A DNA stretch of 64,000 nt, from the NCBI RefSeq assembly GCF_009914755.1, contig NC_060926.1; one strand, written 5' to 3'. Position 1 is the stretch's first letter. Every line of letters begins with the position of its first letter. Under the pieces are notes generated by a model. The model made no database searches, was not told the origin of the DNA, and saw only the letters and a program-made list of their open reading frames with translations. Positions 13,341 to 28,161 of this stretch are shown in pieces. The position numbers and the translations under genes are program-made. The stretch is from the human T2T-CHM13v2.0 reference genome, Homo sapiens.

Positions 13341-15149
13341 AACACTTTTGTAGAGAATATTTGCCTTCACAAGATCAGGCTTTGACTTTTGGTCTAAATT
13401 TTGACTTACATTTATTAGAGTGTTTTTGTTTCTGCTAAGTTTACTGTTGTAGTTATAGATTTTTTGGTAGACAGCATCTCAATTTGCCACCCCTTACCCT
13501 TAACTAACCCAAGGGAACTTAGCATGGAGGAAAAACCCCAAGATATTAACATTATGAATATTGTGATATACTTTCCAAATATATGAACAACAGCTGGTGA
13601 ACCATAAAATTGTAAGTCAACTTAAATCCCTTTTTTGGCAATTAAGCAATTCTTTTGTCTTTCAATCATTTCAAAAAATCAAGTGGAGAATTTTACTCTC
13701 ACACATAAAAGCACCCAATTTTACCTATTGAGGGAGATAGGCATCTAGGTTAGTCATTTAAGACACAGAAGAAATCAGGATATTGCAAATAATACAACAA
13801 TTTATTTTATTTGCAAAGAAAAATTTTGATGGGACATATCTAGGGCATTTGATTTAAATTGCTGATTGTATACAAAAATAATGTCATAATTTTAGTATTT
13901 TAAATTTTAGAAGAAAATTTCAGCTAATCATACTCTCCTAAATACATCACATTTATGATAATTATCCTGTGTACAAATTCTTTCTACATAAAACTTTCAG
14001 AAAGTGATCTAAAACACAATAAGGTCTATGGCTTTGCCACTCATATTACAACTAGGAATCTTAATATTCATTATGGCTTATAAAGAAATAATTAGGATAA
14101 AATTGAAAATATTTTCCTAGAGTCGATATGAAAGTAACTTTTAATTACTTATGCTATGCAATGCGTATCATATGATATGGATGATAAAAGCCTAAATATT
14201 AAGTAGTTACTTACTATTTACTCATGTGCAGTTAATCTAATTTGTTGTCTTTTATGTGTACTATATCGATCAGAGTATTTATAATCCAGTTTTCTTGCAC
14301 TAGTCAATTGTCAAGTGAAACAAAGTAGTGTATTTCTGACTAAAATTGATTTTTTTGTAATGACCAATCACAATTCTGATGTTCATTAGTTCCTCTTCTT
14401 ATTTCCTGGTTCAGTCAAAAGATACAAAGAGCTATATTGACTAGAAAATGATTGAGCTCCAAACTTGTAATGGAACAAGGGAGAATTCAAAAGAAAATAT
14501 TGACAGAAACAAGTGTTAGAAAATTTACACTTCTGTTGCTCTCTCATACTAGTGTTTTCCCAAAGAGTTCCTGTATGAAATAGATAAGGAATTCATGGAG
14601 GAGCAAAATAAGAATGACCTATATAAATTGATAAATTTACTCCTCTGCAGAAGTGACAATACTCTCTTCCAAACTGGGTTACGTTGAATAACAGAATGGC
14701 AGTGTAAATATGTTAATCTGATTTTCCTTTAATTCTCATTGCTAACTGGTGACACATGCTAAATGATATAAAGAAGTATCTTTGGTTGACAAATTTTAAA
14801 TACTTAAAATTGTAATGTAATTGTATTGGTCTGATAAAAATCAGTAGGACTTGTTAATGTCTTCCTAGTTAGGAAGGTACAATGAATCTTTCCAGAAATG
14901 ATCCATATATATGATACTATCTTAGATAAATACTGGAAATAAATAAATTTTATAACAGTCCAGGGATCAATACGTCTGCATAGAAGTGAATGGCTGATTC
15001 ATAACAACAGGAAGTTGATTTTTCATCAATTAGTAAAGAGTCAAATATATACATTTTGAAATACCCAGAAACTGCACGTGTGTAGATGGATAGGAGAGAA
15101 AATACCATTGTTTTGTAGAGCAGATTTGAAACTAAAGATGACTCACAGA

Positions 15150-16050
15150 CTATTTCTCATAACAGCTTTATTGCGATGTATTTCACATAGCCAAAAAAAA
15201 GTCCTATTGAAGTATACAATTCAATACAACTGCTGCCATTACATAATTTCAGAACACTTCATCACCCCCTAAAAGATCTTCTGACACATTAACAATCATT
15301 GCCCAAACGTTTTCCTGCCAGACCCTAGTAATCATTCCTGTGCTTTGTTTTTGTGGAATTGCCATTATGTGAATTTTACATAAATGAAATCATAACAATA
15401 TGTGCACAATTCTCTCTGGCTTCTTTCATTTAGCATGTTTTCAAGGTTCATCTATTACTTTTACAAAGTAACTGCACTATGTCACAATGTTTACAGTAAT
15501 GCATGAGGCTTCCAAGTTCTCACATCCTTGCCAACAATTGGTGTTCTCTATCTTTTGTATATTAGTCATCCTAGTGAGGGTGAAGTTGTATATCATTGTG
15601 CTTCTTTTTGCATTTTCCAAATGAATAATGATGTTGAACATTTTTACATGTTCATTGGCTGTTTATATATCTTTGGAGAAATGCCTATTCAAATCATTTG
15701 CCCACCTTTTTATTGGGTTTCTAAAATTGTTGTTTTAAAGAGGTATTTACATTTGTGGATACAAGTGCCTTATCAGACATATGATTTGTAGTTTGTTTTC
15801 CATTATGTGGGTTGTCTCCTCTCTTTCCTAATGAGTCATTTGAAGCACACAAATTTTTACCTTCGATGGAGAGTAATTTGTCCTTTTTTAGTTGCCTGAG
15901 ATTTTTGAATTATATAAGAAAAAATGCCTAATTTGAGATCACAAAAATTTACTTTTATGTTTTCCTCTGAGAGTTTTGTAATTTGAACTCTTACATTTAG
16001 AGTGATTCATTCTGAGTGAATTTTTGTATGTGTTATGAGGTAGAAGTCTA

Positions 16051-16086
<36 letters not shown>

Positions 16087-16575
16087 ATGTGGATATCTAG
16101 TTGTCCCAGCACCATTTGTTGAAAAGTCGATTCTTTCCCCCACTTTTTTCAAAAATCAGTTGATCATAATGTAAGGGTTTGTTTCTGGATTCTCGACTAT
16201 CTTCCATTGATCTGTGTGTCTAGCTTTATGCCAGTACCATGCTGTCTTGATTACTGTAGCTTTTGTAATAAGATTTTAAATTAGGCAGTGTGAGTCCTCC
16301 AACTTCATTCTTTACTTCAAGATTTTTGGCTATCCTTGTCCCTTAAAGTTCTACATAAGTGTTGCAATCAGGTTATCAACTTTTACAAATAAGCCAGATG
16401 GAATTTTGAGAAAGATTATGCTGAATCTGTAGATACATTTGTGGAGTATTGCCATCTTCATTCTACTGATTCATGAAAATGAAATGTTTTTCCATTTTTG
16501 TAGGTTTTTAATCCTTATCAAATATTTTATCTGCTGCTATTGAGATAATCATCTAATTTTGTCCTTTATGAAGGT
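15150..16575 (-). mobile_element. Old L1M, 3' part of a long nested L1
   Basis: Antisense L1 3'UTR and ORF2-end motifs ('ctttggagaaatgcctattcaaatc', 'cccagcaccatttgttgaaaag', 'gagtcctccaacttcattc'). Confidence 0.88.
16053..16085. repeat. (GT)n microsatellite
   Basis: About 16 uninterrupted GT units. Confidence 0.98.
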
Positions 16576-16579
16576 TTAC

Positions 16580-19500
16580 TATTATTATTATTATTATGGT
16601 TTATTATTATTAATTGATTCTTTTAAAAACTTTTAGGTTCAAATGTACATGTGCAAGTTTGTTTTTTAGGTAACCTGGTGTCACAGGGATTTGTTGTACA
16701 GATTATTTTGTCACCCAGGTACTAAGGCTAGTACCCAATAGTTATTTTTTTCTAATTCTCTCCCTCCTGTCACCCTCTATCCTCAAGTAGACTCCAATGT
16801 CTATTGTTTATCTCTTTGTGTCCATGTGTTCTCATCATTTCGCTCCCATTTATAAGTGAGAACATACAGTATTTGGTTTTCTGTTCTTGCATTAGTTTGC
16901 TAAGGATGATGGCCTCTAGCTCCATCCACGTTCCTGCAAAGAAAATAATCTCATTCTGTTTTATGACTGTATAGTATTCCATTGTGTATATGTACCACAT
17001 TTTTTATCCAATCTGTCATTGACAGGCATTTAAGCTGATTCTATGTCTTTGATATTGTGAATAGTGCTGCAATGAACATACACATGCATGTGTCTTTACG
17101 GTAGAATAATTTATATTCCTTTGGGTATATACCAAGTAATGGACTTCCTGGGTCGAATGGTATTTCTCTTTCTGGCTCTTTGATGAATTGCCACACAGCT
17201 TTCCACAAAGACTGAACAAATTTACACTCCCATCAACAGTGTATAAGCATTCCTTTTTCTCTGCAACTTCACCAACATCTGTCAATTTTTGACTTTTTAA
17301 TAATTAGCTATTCCTACTGGTGTAAGTCTGGTATGTCATTGTGGTTTTGATTTCCATTTCTCTAATGATCAGAGATATTGAGCTTTTTTTCATATGCTTC
17401 TTGACTACTTATATGCCTCCTTTTGAAAAGTGTCTGTTCATGTCCTTTGCCCACTTTTTAATGAGGTCATTTGTTTTCTTCTTGTAAATTGGTTTAAGTT
17501 TCATATAGACGCTGAATATTAGACATCTGTCAGATGCATAGTTTGCAAATATTTTCTCCCATTCTGTAGGTTGTTTGTTTACTCTGTTGATGTATTTATT
17601 TATTTATTAATTATGTATTGCTGTGCAGGAGTTCTGAAGTTTAATTAGATCCCATTTGTCAATTTTTTGTTTTTGTTGCGATTGCTTTTGACAAAGATGC
17701 CAAAAGCAATCGCAACAAAAACAAAAAATTGACAAATGGGATCTAATTAAACTTTGACAGTTCCTATGTCTAGAATGGTATTGCCTAGGTTGTCTTCCAG
17801 GGTTTGTGTAGTTTTGGTTTTATATTTGAATCTTTAATCTATCCTGAGTTTATTTTCGTGTATGGTGTAAGGAAGGAGTCTAGTTACAATCTTCTGCATA
17901 TGGATAGCCAATTATCACAGCACCATTTATTTAATAGGGAGTCCTTTCTCCATTGCTTGTTTTTGTCGGTTTTGTTGAAGATCAGATGGTTGTAGGTGTG
18001 CAGGCTTATTTCTGGCCTTTCTAATCTGTTTCTTTGGTCTATGTGTTTGTTTTTGTACCAGTACTATGCTGTGTTGGTTAATGTAGCCCTGTAGTATAGT
18101 TTGAATTTGGGTAACATGATGTCTCCAGCTTTGCTCTTTTTGCTTAGGATCACTTTGGCTATTCAGGCTTCTTTTTTGGTTCCGTATGAATTTAAAAATA
18201 GTTTCTTCTAGTTCTGTGAAGAACGTCATTGGTAGTTTGATAGAAATAGCATTAAATCTGTACATTGCTTTGGTTAGTGTGGCCATTTTAATGATATTAA
18301 TCTTTTCCATCCATGAGCATGGAATGTTTTTCCATTTGTTTGTGTCATCCCTGATTTCTTTGAGCAGTGTTTTATAATTCTCATTGTAAAGATCTTTCAC
18401 CTCCCTGGTTAGCTGTATTCTTAAGTATTTTATTCTTTTTGTGGCGGTTGTGAATGGGATTGTGTTCCTGATTCCATTCTTGGCTTGGCTCTTGTTGGTG
18501 TACAGGAGTGCCAGTAATTTTTGTACATTGATTTTGTATCCTGACACCTTACTGAATTCATTGATCAGTCTGAGAGACTTTTGGTGAAGTCTTTAATGTT
18601 TTCTAGGTATAGAATCTTATTCAGTGAAGAGAGATAGTTTGACTTCTTTTCCTATTTGGATGCCCTTTATTTCTTTCTCTTGCCTGATTGCTCTGTCCAG
18701 GACTTCCAATCCTATGTAGAATAGGAGTGGTGAGAGAGGGCATACTTGTCTTATGCCAGTTTTCAAGGGGAATGCTTCCGGGTTTTGCCCATTTAGAATG
18801 ATGTTGGCTGTGGATTTGTCATAGGTGACTCTTATTATTTTGATGTATATTACTTCAATACTTAGTTCGTTGAGAGTTTTTTTTTTTTTTTACATGAAGG
18901 GATGTTGAATTTTATTGAAAGCCTTTTCTGCATCTATTGAGATAATCATGTGGTTTTTGTCTTTAGTTCTGTTTATGTGATGAATCACATTTATTGATTT
19001 GCATATATTGAACCAACCTTTCATCCCACGGATAAATCCTACTTGATTGTGGTGGATTAGCTTCTTGACGTGCTACTGGTTTCAGTTTGCAAGTATTTTG
19101 TTGAGGATTTTTGCATCACTGTTCATCAAGGATTTTGGTCTGAAGTTATCTTTTTTGAATTGTCTCTGCCATATTTTCATATCAGAATGATGCTGGTCTC
19201 ATTGAATGAATTAAGGAGAAGTCCCTCCTCCACCTCAATTTTTGGGAATAGTTTCAGTAGGAATGGTACCAGCTCTTCTTTGTACATCTGCTAGAAGTCA
19301 AAGCTATGAATCTGTCTGTTCCTGTTTTTTTGTTTGTTTGTTTGTTTTTTGGTTGGTAGATGATTTATTACTAATTTGATTTTGGACCTTGTTATTGGTC
19401 TGTTCAGGGAATCAATTTCTTCCTAGTTCAGTTCTGGGAGGATGTATATGTCAGGAATTTATCAACTTATTCCAGGTTTTCTAATTTGTGTGTATAAAGG

Positions 19501-19850
19501 TATTTATAATAGTAGTCTCTAGTGGTTATTTGTATTTCTGTGGGGTCAGTGGTAACATCCACTTTGTCATTTCTAATTGTGTTTATTTGAATCTTCTCTC
19601 TTTTCTTTTTTATTATTCTAGCTAGTGGCCTATCTTATTAATTTTTTCCAAAACCAAACTCTTTGATTTGATAATCTTCTGAATGTTATTTTTTGTGTCT
19701 CAACAGCTTTCATTTCAGGTCTGACTTTGTTTATTTCTTGTCTTCTTCTAGCATTGGGGTTGGTTGCTCTTGATTATCTACTTTTTTCAGTTGTGATGTT
19801 AGGTTGTCTATTTGAGATCTTTCTAAGTTTTTGATGTGGGTATTTAGTGA
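16580..19850 (-). mobile_element. Primate L1 (L1PA13-16/L1PB-like), 5'-truncated, about 3.2 kb
   Basis: Continuous antisense L1 3'UTR plus ORF2; ORF fragments WYIYTMEYY and SGYKINVQK...KWKNIPCSW. Confidence 0.95.
17927..18547 (-). pseudogene. Disrupted L1 ORF2p fragment (end of RT domain and downstream region)
   Basis: 206-aa ORF with [36 protein letters not shown] and KWKNIPCSW, drifting out of frame afterwards. Confidence 0.92.
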
Positions 19851-20196
19851 TTTCAAATGCACAATGGCAAAATTTGGCCTCATAGGTGCATCTGCTTTGA
19901 CAATTAAAAGATGTACCATCTAATAGTTGTATTTTTTTTCTAGGCAGCAAAGCTAAGGTTTTCTTGCTAACGTGTTGAAGAATTGCAAAATCGCACACAT
20001 TTTTGATAAAAAATTGCACTGATGAATCTGTGCTTAATTCAATAACCAATACAAGAGTTAACACAGAGTTCGTTATGATTGCCAGTAATCTCAAATGAAG
20101 GAGAGTTAACAAATGAAAAGGATGGCAGATTTGTACAAAACACTAAACATGATGTATAAATTCTCAAGAAACTACAGAAATAGGAAGATCACATAA

Positions 20197-20511
<315 letters not shown>

Positions 20512-20763
20512 TTTTCTTGTTTTATATAGGCATCTACAGCTATAAGTTTTCCACTAAGCACTGCTTTAGCTGCATCCAATAAATTTTTGCTGTGTTTTTG
20601 TTTGCATTTATCTCTAGCATTTTCTCATTTTCCTTGTGATTTCTTTTTTGATGCATTGATTATTTAGAAGTGTTTGCTTAATTTTCAAATATTTGTGAAT
20701 CCTCCAAATTTCCTTTGTTTTTTGATCGCTAATTTCATTCTGTTGTGGTCAGAAAACATACTT

Positions 20764-21685
20764 TGGTTTGTTTTATTTTTGTGGGTATATAGTAAGTATA
20801 TACATTTATGGGGCACATGAGATACTTTGATACTGGCATGCAGTAAGCAATAATCACATCCTAGGCAATGGGGTATCCCTACCCTCAAGCATTTATCCTT
20901 TGTGTTACAAAAATCCAATTACACTCTTTTAGTTATTTTTATATGTACAATTAATTATTGATTATAGTCACCCTGTTATGCTATAAAATACTAGATCTTA
21001 TTCGTTCTTTATAACTACATATTTTTGCCTATTAACCATTCCCACTTCCTTCTCCCTCCCACTCCTCCTACTACTCTTCCTAGACTTTGGTAACCATTCT
21101 TCTACTCCCTGTCTGCATGAATTCAACTGCTTTGATTTTTAGCACCCACAAATAAGTGAGAACATGCAAAGTTTGTCTATCTGTGTCTGACTTATTTCAC
21201 TTAACATAATGACTCCAGTTTTATCCATGTTGTTTCAAATGACAGGATCTCATTATTTTTAATGGCTGAATAGTACTCCATTCTGTATATGTACCACATT
21301 TTCTTTATCCAATTATTAGCTGATGGACATTTAGGTTGCTTCCAAATCTTTGCTATTGTGAATGGTGTTGCAACAAACATGGGAGTGCAGATATCTCTGA
21401 TATACTGATTTCCTTTCTCTTGAGTATATACTCTGCAGTGGGATTGCTAGATTGTATGGTAGCTCTATTTGTAGATTTTTTGAAGAACTTCTAAACTGTT
21501 TTCTATAATCATTGTACTAATTTACATTCCCACCAACAGTGTATGAGGATTTCCTTTTCTCCACATCCTTGTCAGCATTTGTTATTGCCCGTCTTTTTGA
21601 TAAAAGCCATTTTAACTGAGGTGAGATAATATCTCATTGTAGTTTTGATTTGCATTTCTCTGATGATCAATGATGTTAAGCACCT
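20764..21685 (-). mobile_element. L1MA-type 3' fragment
   Basis: 'ttttgtgggtatatagtaagtatatacatttatggggcacatgaga' 3' terminus; TSD agaaaacatactt/agaaaacacctt. Confidence 0.92.
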
Positions 21686-22937
21686 TAGAAAACACCTTAA
21701 GTTATTTCAAACAGTTACAATTAATTAAGGCTTCTTTCATGGTCTTATAAATGATCTGTCTTAGAGAAAGCTTTGATGTCTGTTTGAGAAAAATGTGAAA
21801 TGTCTTGTTGGGTGGAGTGTTGCATAGATGTCTATTAGGTTTCCTTGGTTTACAGTGTTACTCAAGTCTTCTATGTTTTTTGTCCTTCCATTGCAATCAC
21901 GTAGCAGAAGACTTATTGAAACTGGCATATTGAAGACTCTAACTATTACTGTTGAATTTTCTATTTCTCCCTTAAATTTCATCAATTTTTGCTCCACATA
22001 TTTTTCTTTGTTGTTAGGTGCATATTTTGTTATTATGTCTTTCCAATATATTGGTCCTTTAATTATTACAAAAGCTTCTTCTTTGTGCATAGTAACAATT
22101 TTTCATCATACTCTTTATTTTGTCTGTTTTTAATATTAATATAGCCACTTTATTGCTCTCGCATGATGTATCTTCTTCCACTCTTTTACTTTCCATTAAT
22201 TTGCATGTTTTAAGGTGTGTCTCTTGTAGACAGCATATAGTTTGAATAAAGTCTTTTATCCATTTTGGTAATAGATATTTTTTTGAGTGCTTATCCATTT
22301 ACATTTAATGCAACCACTAACAAGAGTTGTCTACTGATTTGCTCTTTGCTTTCTATATGGCATATGTTTTTTTCTTTATTAGTTTTACTTTTTTCTCTTG
22401 TATTAAAGGGATATTTTTATATCACTTTAATTTTCTTGTTTTGGATTTATTTTCTTAGAAGTTGCCTGGGGATTATAATTACCACGATCACCTATAATAA
22501 TCTAGTTTAAATTAATGCCAGCTAAGTTTCAATTTTACCTAGAAACTTTGTTCTAGTGTATTTTTATTATCTTCTTCCTCTTTTGTGCTAGTATTGTAAG
22601 CTTTATACATTACAATTTTTCTTTACATTACATCTTTGTACAAGCATGAACACAGTTTTGTAATTATTGTTTCTTGCAATTTTATTCTTTTATCTTTTGA
22701 AAAATAAAAGTAACAAACAAAAATATATTTACTTTATATTTTTCTGTACCTATGTAGTTACATTTTAATGTGTTTTTTATTTCTTCATGTAGGTTTGAGT
22801 TTCTCTCTAATGTCATTTTATTTCAACCTGAAGGACTTCCTATACTCTTTCTTGTAGGTCAGGTTTAATAGCAATGAATTGTCTCGATTTTTGTTTAACT
22901 ACAATTATTTTAACTTCTTCCTTTTTGAGGAATAGCT

Positions 22938-23813
22938 GTTTTTGTTTTTGTTTATGTTTTTAATTTTACTTTAAGTTCTGGGATACATGTGCAGAATGTG
23001 CAGGTTTGTTACATAGGTATATGTGTGCGATGGTGGTTTGTTGCACCTATTGACCCATTCTCTAAGTTTCCTCCCTTCTACCCCCACCCCCCAACAGGCC
23101 GTGGTGTGTGTTGTTCCTCTCCCTGTGTCCATGTGTTCTCATTTTTCAACTCCCACTTATGAGTGAAAGCATGCTGTGTTTGGTTTTCTATTCCTGTATT
23201 AGTTTGCTGAGGATGATGGCTTCCATCTTCATCCATGTCCCTGCAAAGGATATGATCTCATTCCTTTTTATGTCTGTATAGTATTCCATCGTGTATATAT
23301 ACCACATTTTCTTTATCAGTCTATCATTGATGGGCATTTGGGTCGGTTCCAAGTCTTTGCTATTGTAAATAATGCTACAATAAACATATGTGTTCATGTG
23401 TGTATGTGTCTTTATAGTAGAATGATTTATACTCCTTTGTGTGTATACCCAGTAATGGGAGTGCTGGTCAAATGGTATTTCTGGTTCTAGATCCCTGAGG
23501 AATTGCCATACTGTCTTCCACAATGGCTGAACTAATTTATACTCCCACCGACAGTGTAAAAGCGTTTATATTTCTCCACAGCCTCACCAGCATCTATTGT
23601 TTCTTGACTTTTTAATCACAATTCTGACTGGCATGAGATGGTAACTCATTGTGGTTTTGATTTGCATTTCTCTAATGATCAGTGATGTTGAACTTTTTAA
23701 ATGTTTGTTGGCCACATAAATGTTTTATTTTGATAAGTGTCTGTTCATATCCTTTGCCCACTTTTTGATGGGGTTGTTTGATTTTTTCTTTCAAATTTGT
23801 TTAAGTTCCTTGT
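22938..23813 (-). mobile_element. L1PA (PA7/8-like) 3' fragment
   Basis: 'tactttaagttctgggatacatgtgcagaatgtgcagg' terminus; TSD aatagct/aatagtt. Confidence 0.94.
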
Positions 23814-25904
23814 AATAGTTTTTCTTGATATAGAATTCCTGGGTTCAGCACTTTGAAAATGTCATCCCAAGTTGTCTTCTGGACTTCATAGTTTAAGATA
23901 AGAAATCAGCTGTTAATCTTACTGAAGATTCCTTGTACATGATTAGCCACTTTTCTCTTGCTACATTGAAGACTTTCTCTTTGTCCTTGGCTTTTAAAAG
24001 TTTAACTATGATGTGTTTAGGTGTGAATATATTTAAATTTATCCTACTTGAATTTTATTGAACTTCTTGGATATGAATATTAATTTTTTTCATCAAGTGT
24101 GAAAGATTTATGACATTAATTATTCACATACAAATTTTGTCCTTTTTTACCTTCTTTTTTGGGACTCTCATTTTGCACATGTTGTCCCAAAAGTCCCTGA
24201 GTCTCTTCATTTTTTTCATTCTTTTTTCTTTCTGTACATCCAATAAGGTAGTCTTAATCAATTTTCAAGTTTGGTGATTCTTTTTTCTGTCAGCCCGAAT
24301 ATGCTGTTGATCCTCTCTATTAAATCTTTATTATTATTTTACATATGGTGAAACATCTTTCTGATGTTTTCTTAGTTTTTTTTAGACGTGATTTTTTTTT
24401 TTTTTTTTAGTTCTTTGAACATATTTATAATAGCTGATTTAAAATCTTTGTATCTTAAGTTCAACATCTGGGCTTTGTTGCAGATAGTTTCCAGTAACTA
24501 TTTTTTCTGTTTATGGGCCATGTTTTACTATTTCATTGTATGTCTCATGATATTTTGCTGAAAACTGAACATCTTAAATAATACATATAGCAGCTTTAGA
24601 AATCAGGTCTCTTCACTAGGGTTTGTTGTTTTGCTGTTTGTTTGTTCAGTGACTTTTCTAAACTAATTTGGTAAAGTCTGTATCCTTTGTCTTGTGTAGT
24701 CCCTGAAGCTTCTGTTCAGCTGCTCAGTGGTTGGCTAATGACTGAACAGAGATTTCCTTAAAGGTATTAAATCAATAAGTCTCTCTGTCTTTGCCAAGTG
24801 GCTTTGCATGTATGTTAGGGCATAGCATTGATGTTCTGGTGGTTTACAATTATGCCTTAGCCTACACCTCCTGATTACGTAGAGCCAGAAGTGAGGATTT
24901 TGGATCTTTTCAAGACTTTCATGAGCATGCTCATGACCCTGGGCATGTACACAGCTTTGCACATGTTTGTGACCTTCTAGATTTCCAGGAATCTGTCAGA
25001 GCTTTTCATAGCCCCTGGTAAATACCTAATCCCTAGCTTTTCTTTTTAGTTTCTTGGCCAGCCTCTTGTTTGCCCCAACGGTTATCACTGCCTCAGGCAG
25101 CAGCAATGTTGAACAATTGCCTTTGACTGTTGTAGACAAATACCCCTGAAGAAAGAGCATGTTCTGAGATAGGTAAAATAAAGACAAGTCTTGCGAGAGG
25201 TGGTTTCTAATGAGCTACCAAACTGGTCAACTGACAACAATTCTTTGGAAATGGGACTTTTTGGGGAGCTCCAAATCTATTCTCTCAACTCAGTGGTCAC
25301 TACTTTAAAGGTTTTCCCAGTAGGATGTAAGACACTTGGTTTTCAAGGTTACAATAAAGGTGGTAAGTGTAGGATGGAATTAGGGCAAGTTAAAACACCA
25401 CAAAGCTTACTAGTCTTATAAAGATTCAACCAATTTTCTAAAATAAATGATCCCTAGATAGTTGAAAACTATTGGTTAATTTCTAGTTTTGATAAGTTGA
25501 TTTTGATTTTTTTCTCTATTATTCTCATTGATTTTATGAAGAATAGGTTTTTGGGAGATCCTTATTCCATGATTCTGAAAGCACTTCCCTTCATAGACAT
25601 TTTATGTAAAAAAGTATTAACATTTTTTTTGAAATCATGTCACAATGTAGTAAATGCTGAATTTAAAATATTTCTCATGAGATATATTCATAAACTCAAA
25701 AATGGACCTAAGTATATGTGGGAATTTAGAATATAACAAAACTGACATTTGCAATTTGTGGAAAGAAATTCATTTTTCCATAAGTAATATTGGAGCAATC
25801 ACATACCTAATTATAAGAATATAAGCTAATATTGTGGTCTCACGTCTTTCATCAACAATAAATTCTGAATGCTTTATACATGTAAGAATGAAAAATAAAA
25901 CCAT

Positions 25905-26222
25905 AAATCAAAATAATTAACTCATGCAGAGAATAGAAGGATGGTTACCAGAGGCTGGGAAAGGTACTGGAAGGGTTGTGAGGGGAGGTGGGAATGGTTA
26001 ATGAGTTCCAAAAAATACTTAGAAAGAATAAATAAGACCTAGTATTTGATAGCACAACAGGGTGATTATAGTCAATAATAATTCAATTGTACATTTAAAA
26101 CTAACTAAAGGAGTATAATTGTTTGTAATGCAGAGGATAAATTATTGAAGGGATGGGTACCCCATTTTGCATAACGTGATTGTTACTCATTGTAGGCCTG
26201 TACCAAAATATCTCATGTACTC

Positions 26223-26262
<40 letters not shown>

Positions 26263-26305
26263 CTACTATGTACTCACAAAAATTAAAATTAAAAAATTAA
26301 AAAAC
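25905..26305 (+). mobile_element. L1MA 3' end with internal (TA)n
   Basis: 'gaatagaaggatggttaccagaggctgggaa...gatagcacaacagggtgattatagtcaataat...aaattaaaaaattaaaaaa'. Confidence 0.9.
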
Positions 26306-26701
26306 TACAAATGTACTGAAAGAAACATGGGATTTTATTTAATTTTTTATCCTCTTGGTATTTAGAATACATTTTTATGAATGATAAAGAACAGGACCCA
26401 TCAAAGGTTAATAAATTCAGCTATACACACACAATTCTGTAAGATAAAAAGTATCATAAATTCTAAGGACAACATAGTAAAAACAATGTTTTTTTTGTGC
26501 TATAAGAAAACTGGATGACTAGGGCAAGAAAGATGGGAATGGCATGTTTTTCACTGGAGATACTTTGTGCTTTTGAATGTTATGTAAAATATCACTTATT
26601 TTTGAAAAATTAGAACATGTTTTTTAAAATTATTTTTCAGTTTACATTTTTTTCTGTTACTTGATTATTATCAGTAATAGCAAAATTTAAAGAGTTATTT
26701 T

Positions 26702-27024
<323 letters not shown>

Positions 27025-27358
27025 TTATTTATAAGCTTAAATCTGTTACTATAAATCTACTCAATTAAAAATCAATATTTCATTATAAGATCATGTCATA
27101 CATATGTTTTTATGTCACAGATATATCATGTTTCCAAGTAGAAGACACAAAAAATGTCCTTCTATTCAGCATAATCTGTTTAAGGGTTTTGTTTTTTTTT
27201 TCCTATTTTTCCTCGTAAACTTTCTAGAGAAATAGATAGCACTGACTATCTATTTAGCAGTTAGAAAGTTAGTAGTTCCTGTGTATGCCAGGAAATACCA
27301 ACAAGTTTGCCTCTGACACACAAGTAAACAGTATGGTCTCTTGATCCAGATTGCTTTC

Positions 27359-27722
27359 TGTGGTAGACACTGAAACTACTCAAAAACATTCTGGTTTTCC
27401 TTCCATACCTACAGAGGGGCATATTTTCCCCCTCCATTTGAGGTTAAGCAAATTCATGTGACTTCGATCAGTGAAATGTGAGAAGTGTGTTACCTATGGT
27501 CAGAAACGTTAACTGCCATGTTTCTTTCTTTCTGTCTCAGTGATTGTGGAAAATGTGTCAAGATGGAATTTCCATTAACCAGGTCTCTGAATTACCAACA
27601 GGAGCATACTATGCTTGCTGACATGTAACATGAATCGGAAATGGACTTTTATTATTTTAAGCCACTGGGATAGAGAAGTTGCTTATTATTCCAACATAAA
27701 CTCATCTATTTTGACTGATAAA
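27359..27722 (+). mobile_element. Old MaLR LTR (MLT1I/J-like)
   Basis: tgtggtag start; 'catgtgactt...tgaaatgtgag', 'tttaagccactggga...tgactgata' end. Confidence 0.7.
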
Positions 27723-28161
27723 AATTCAAATTTCAGCTCGTCCAATAAGCAGCTTTGTGACTTATTTTGCAAATTGATCCCAAGTAGAATACACAGAATA
27801 TAATTATTTTTGTATCACTCCCTCTTTTCTTAATTAATGAGAAAAATGAAGAAATTGAGGCATAAGGGCATGTAACTAAGTGGATGAACAATAACTAGAC
27901 GCCAGGCCTCTTCCTTCCAAATCTAGTGCTTCAATACCATATTAGCAGACAATTACTTTTCTAATGCCAAATAAGAGCTATTAGAAACTTTATTCTCAAC
28001 AAGACTGAAGTGAAGAGTTTTTCACTCCTCATTTTTAGTGCTTCTGGAAGGTTTATAATGTATCAATGTCCACATAGGAACAGTGAGAACATCAGTCTCT
28101 AGTCTGAGTGTTACGACCCACTAACATTATTCAGATAGATTTTAAGTTGCACTGTTTTTAG

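Larger units (their letters stand above)
20512..25590 (-). mobile_element. Old L1M continued (ORF2 endonuclease region, ORF1, probable 5' region), host to two younger L1 3' ends
   Basis: 'gctataagttttccactaagcactgctttagctgcatcc', 'tgtctcttgtagacagcatatagtt' (TICCLQETHL on the minus strand), ORF1-like 'gaaatcagctgttaatctt...ttttctcttgct'. Confidence 0.82.
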
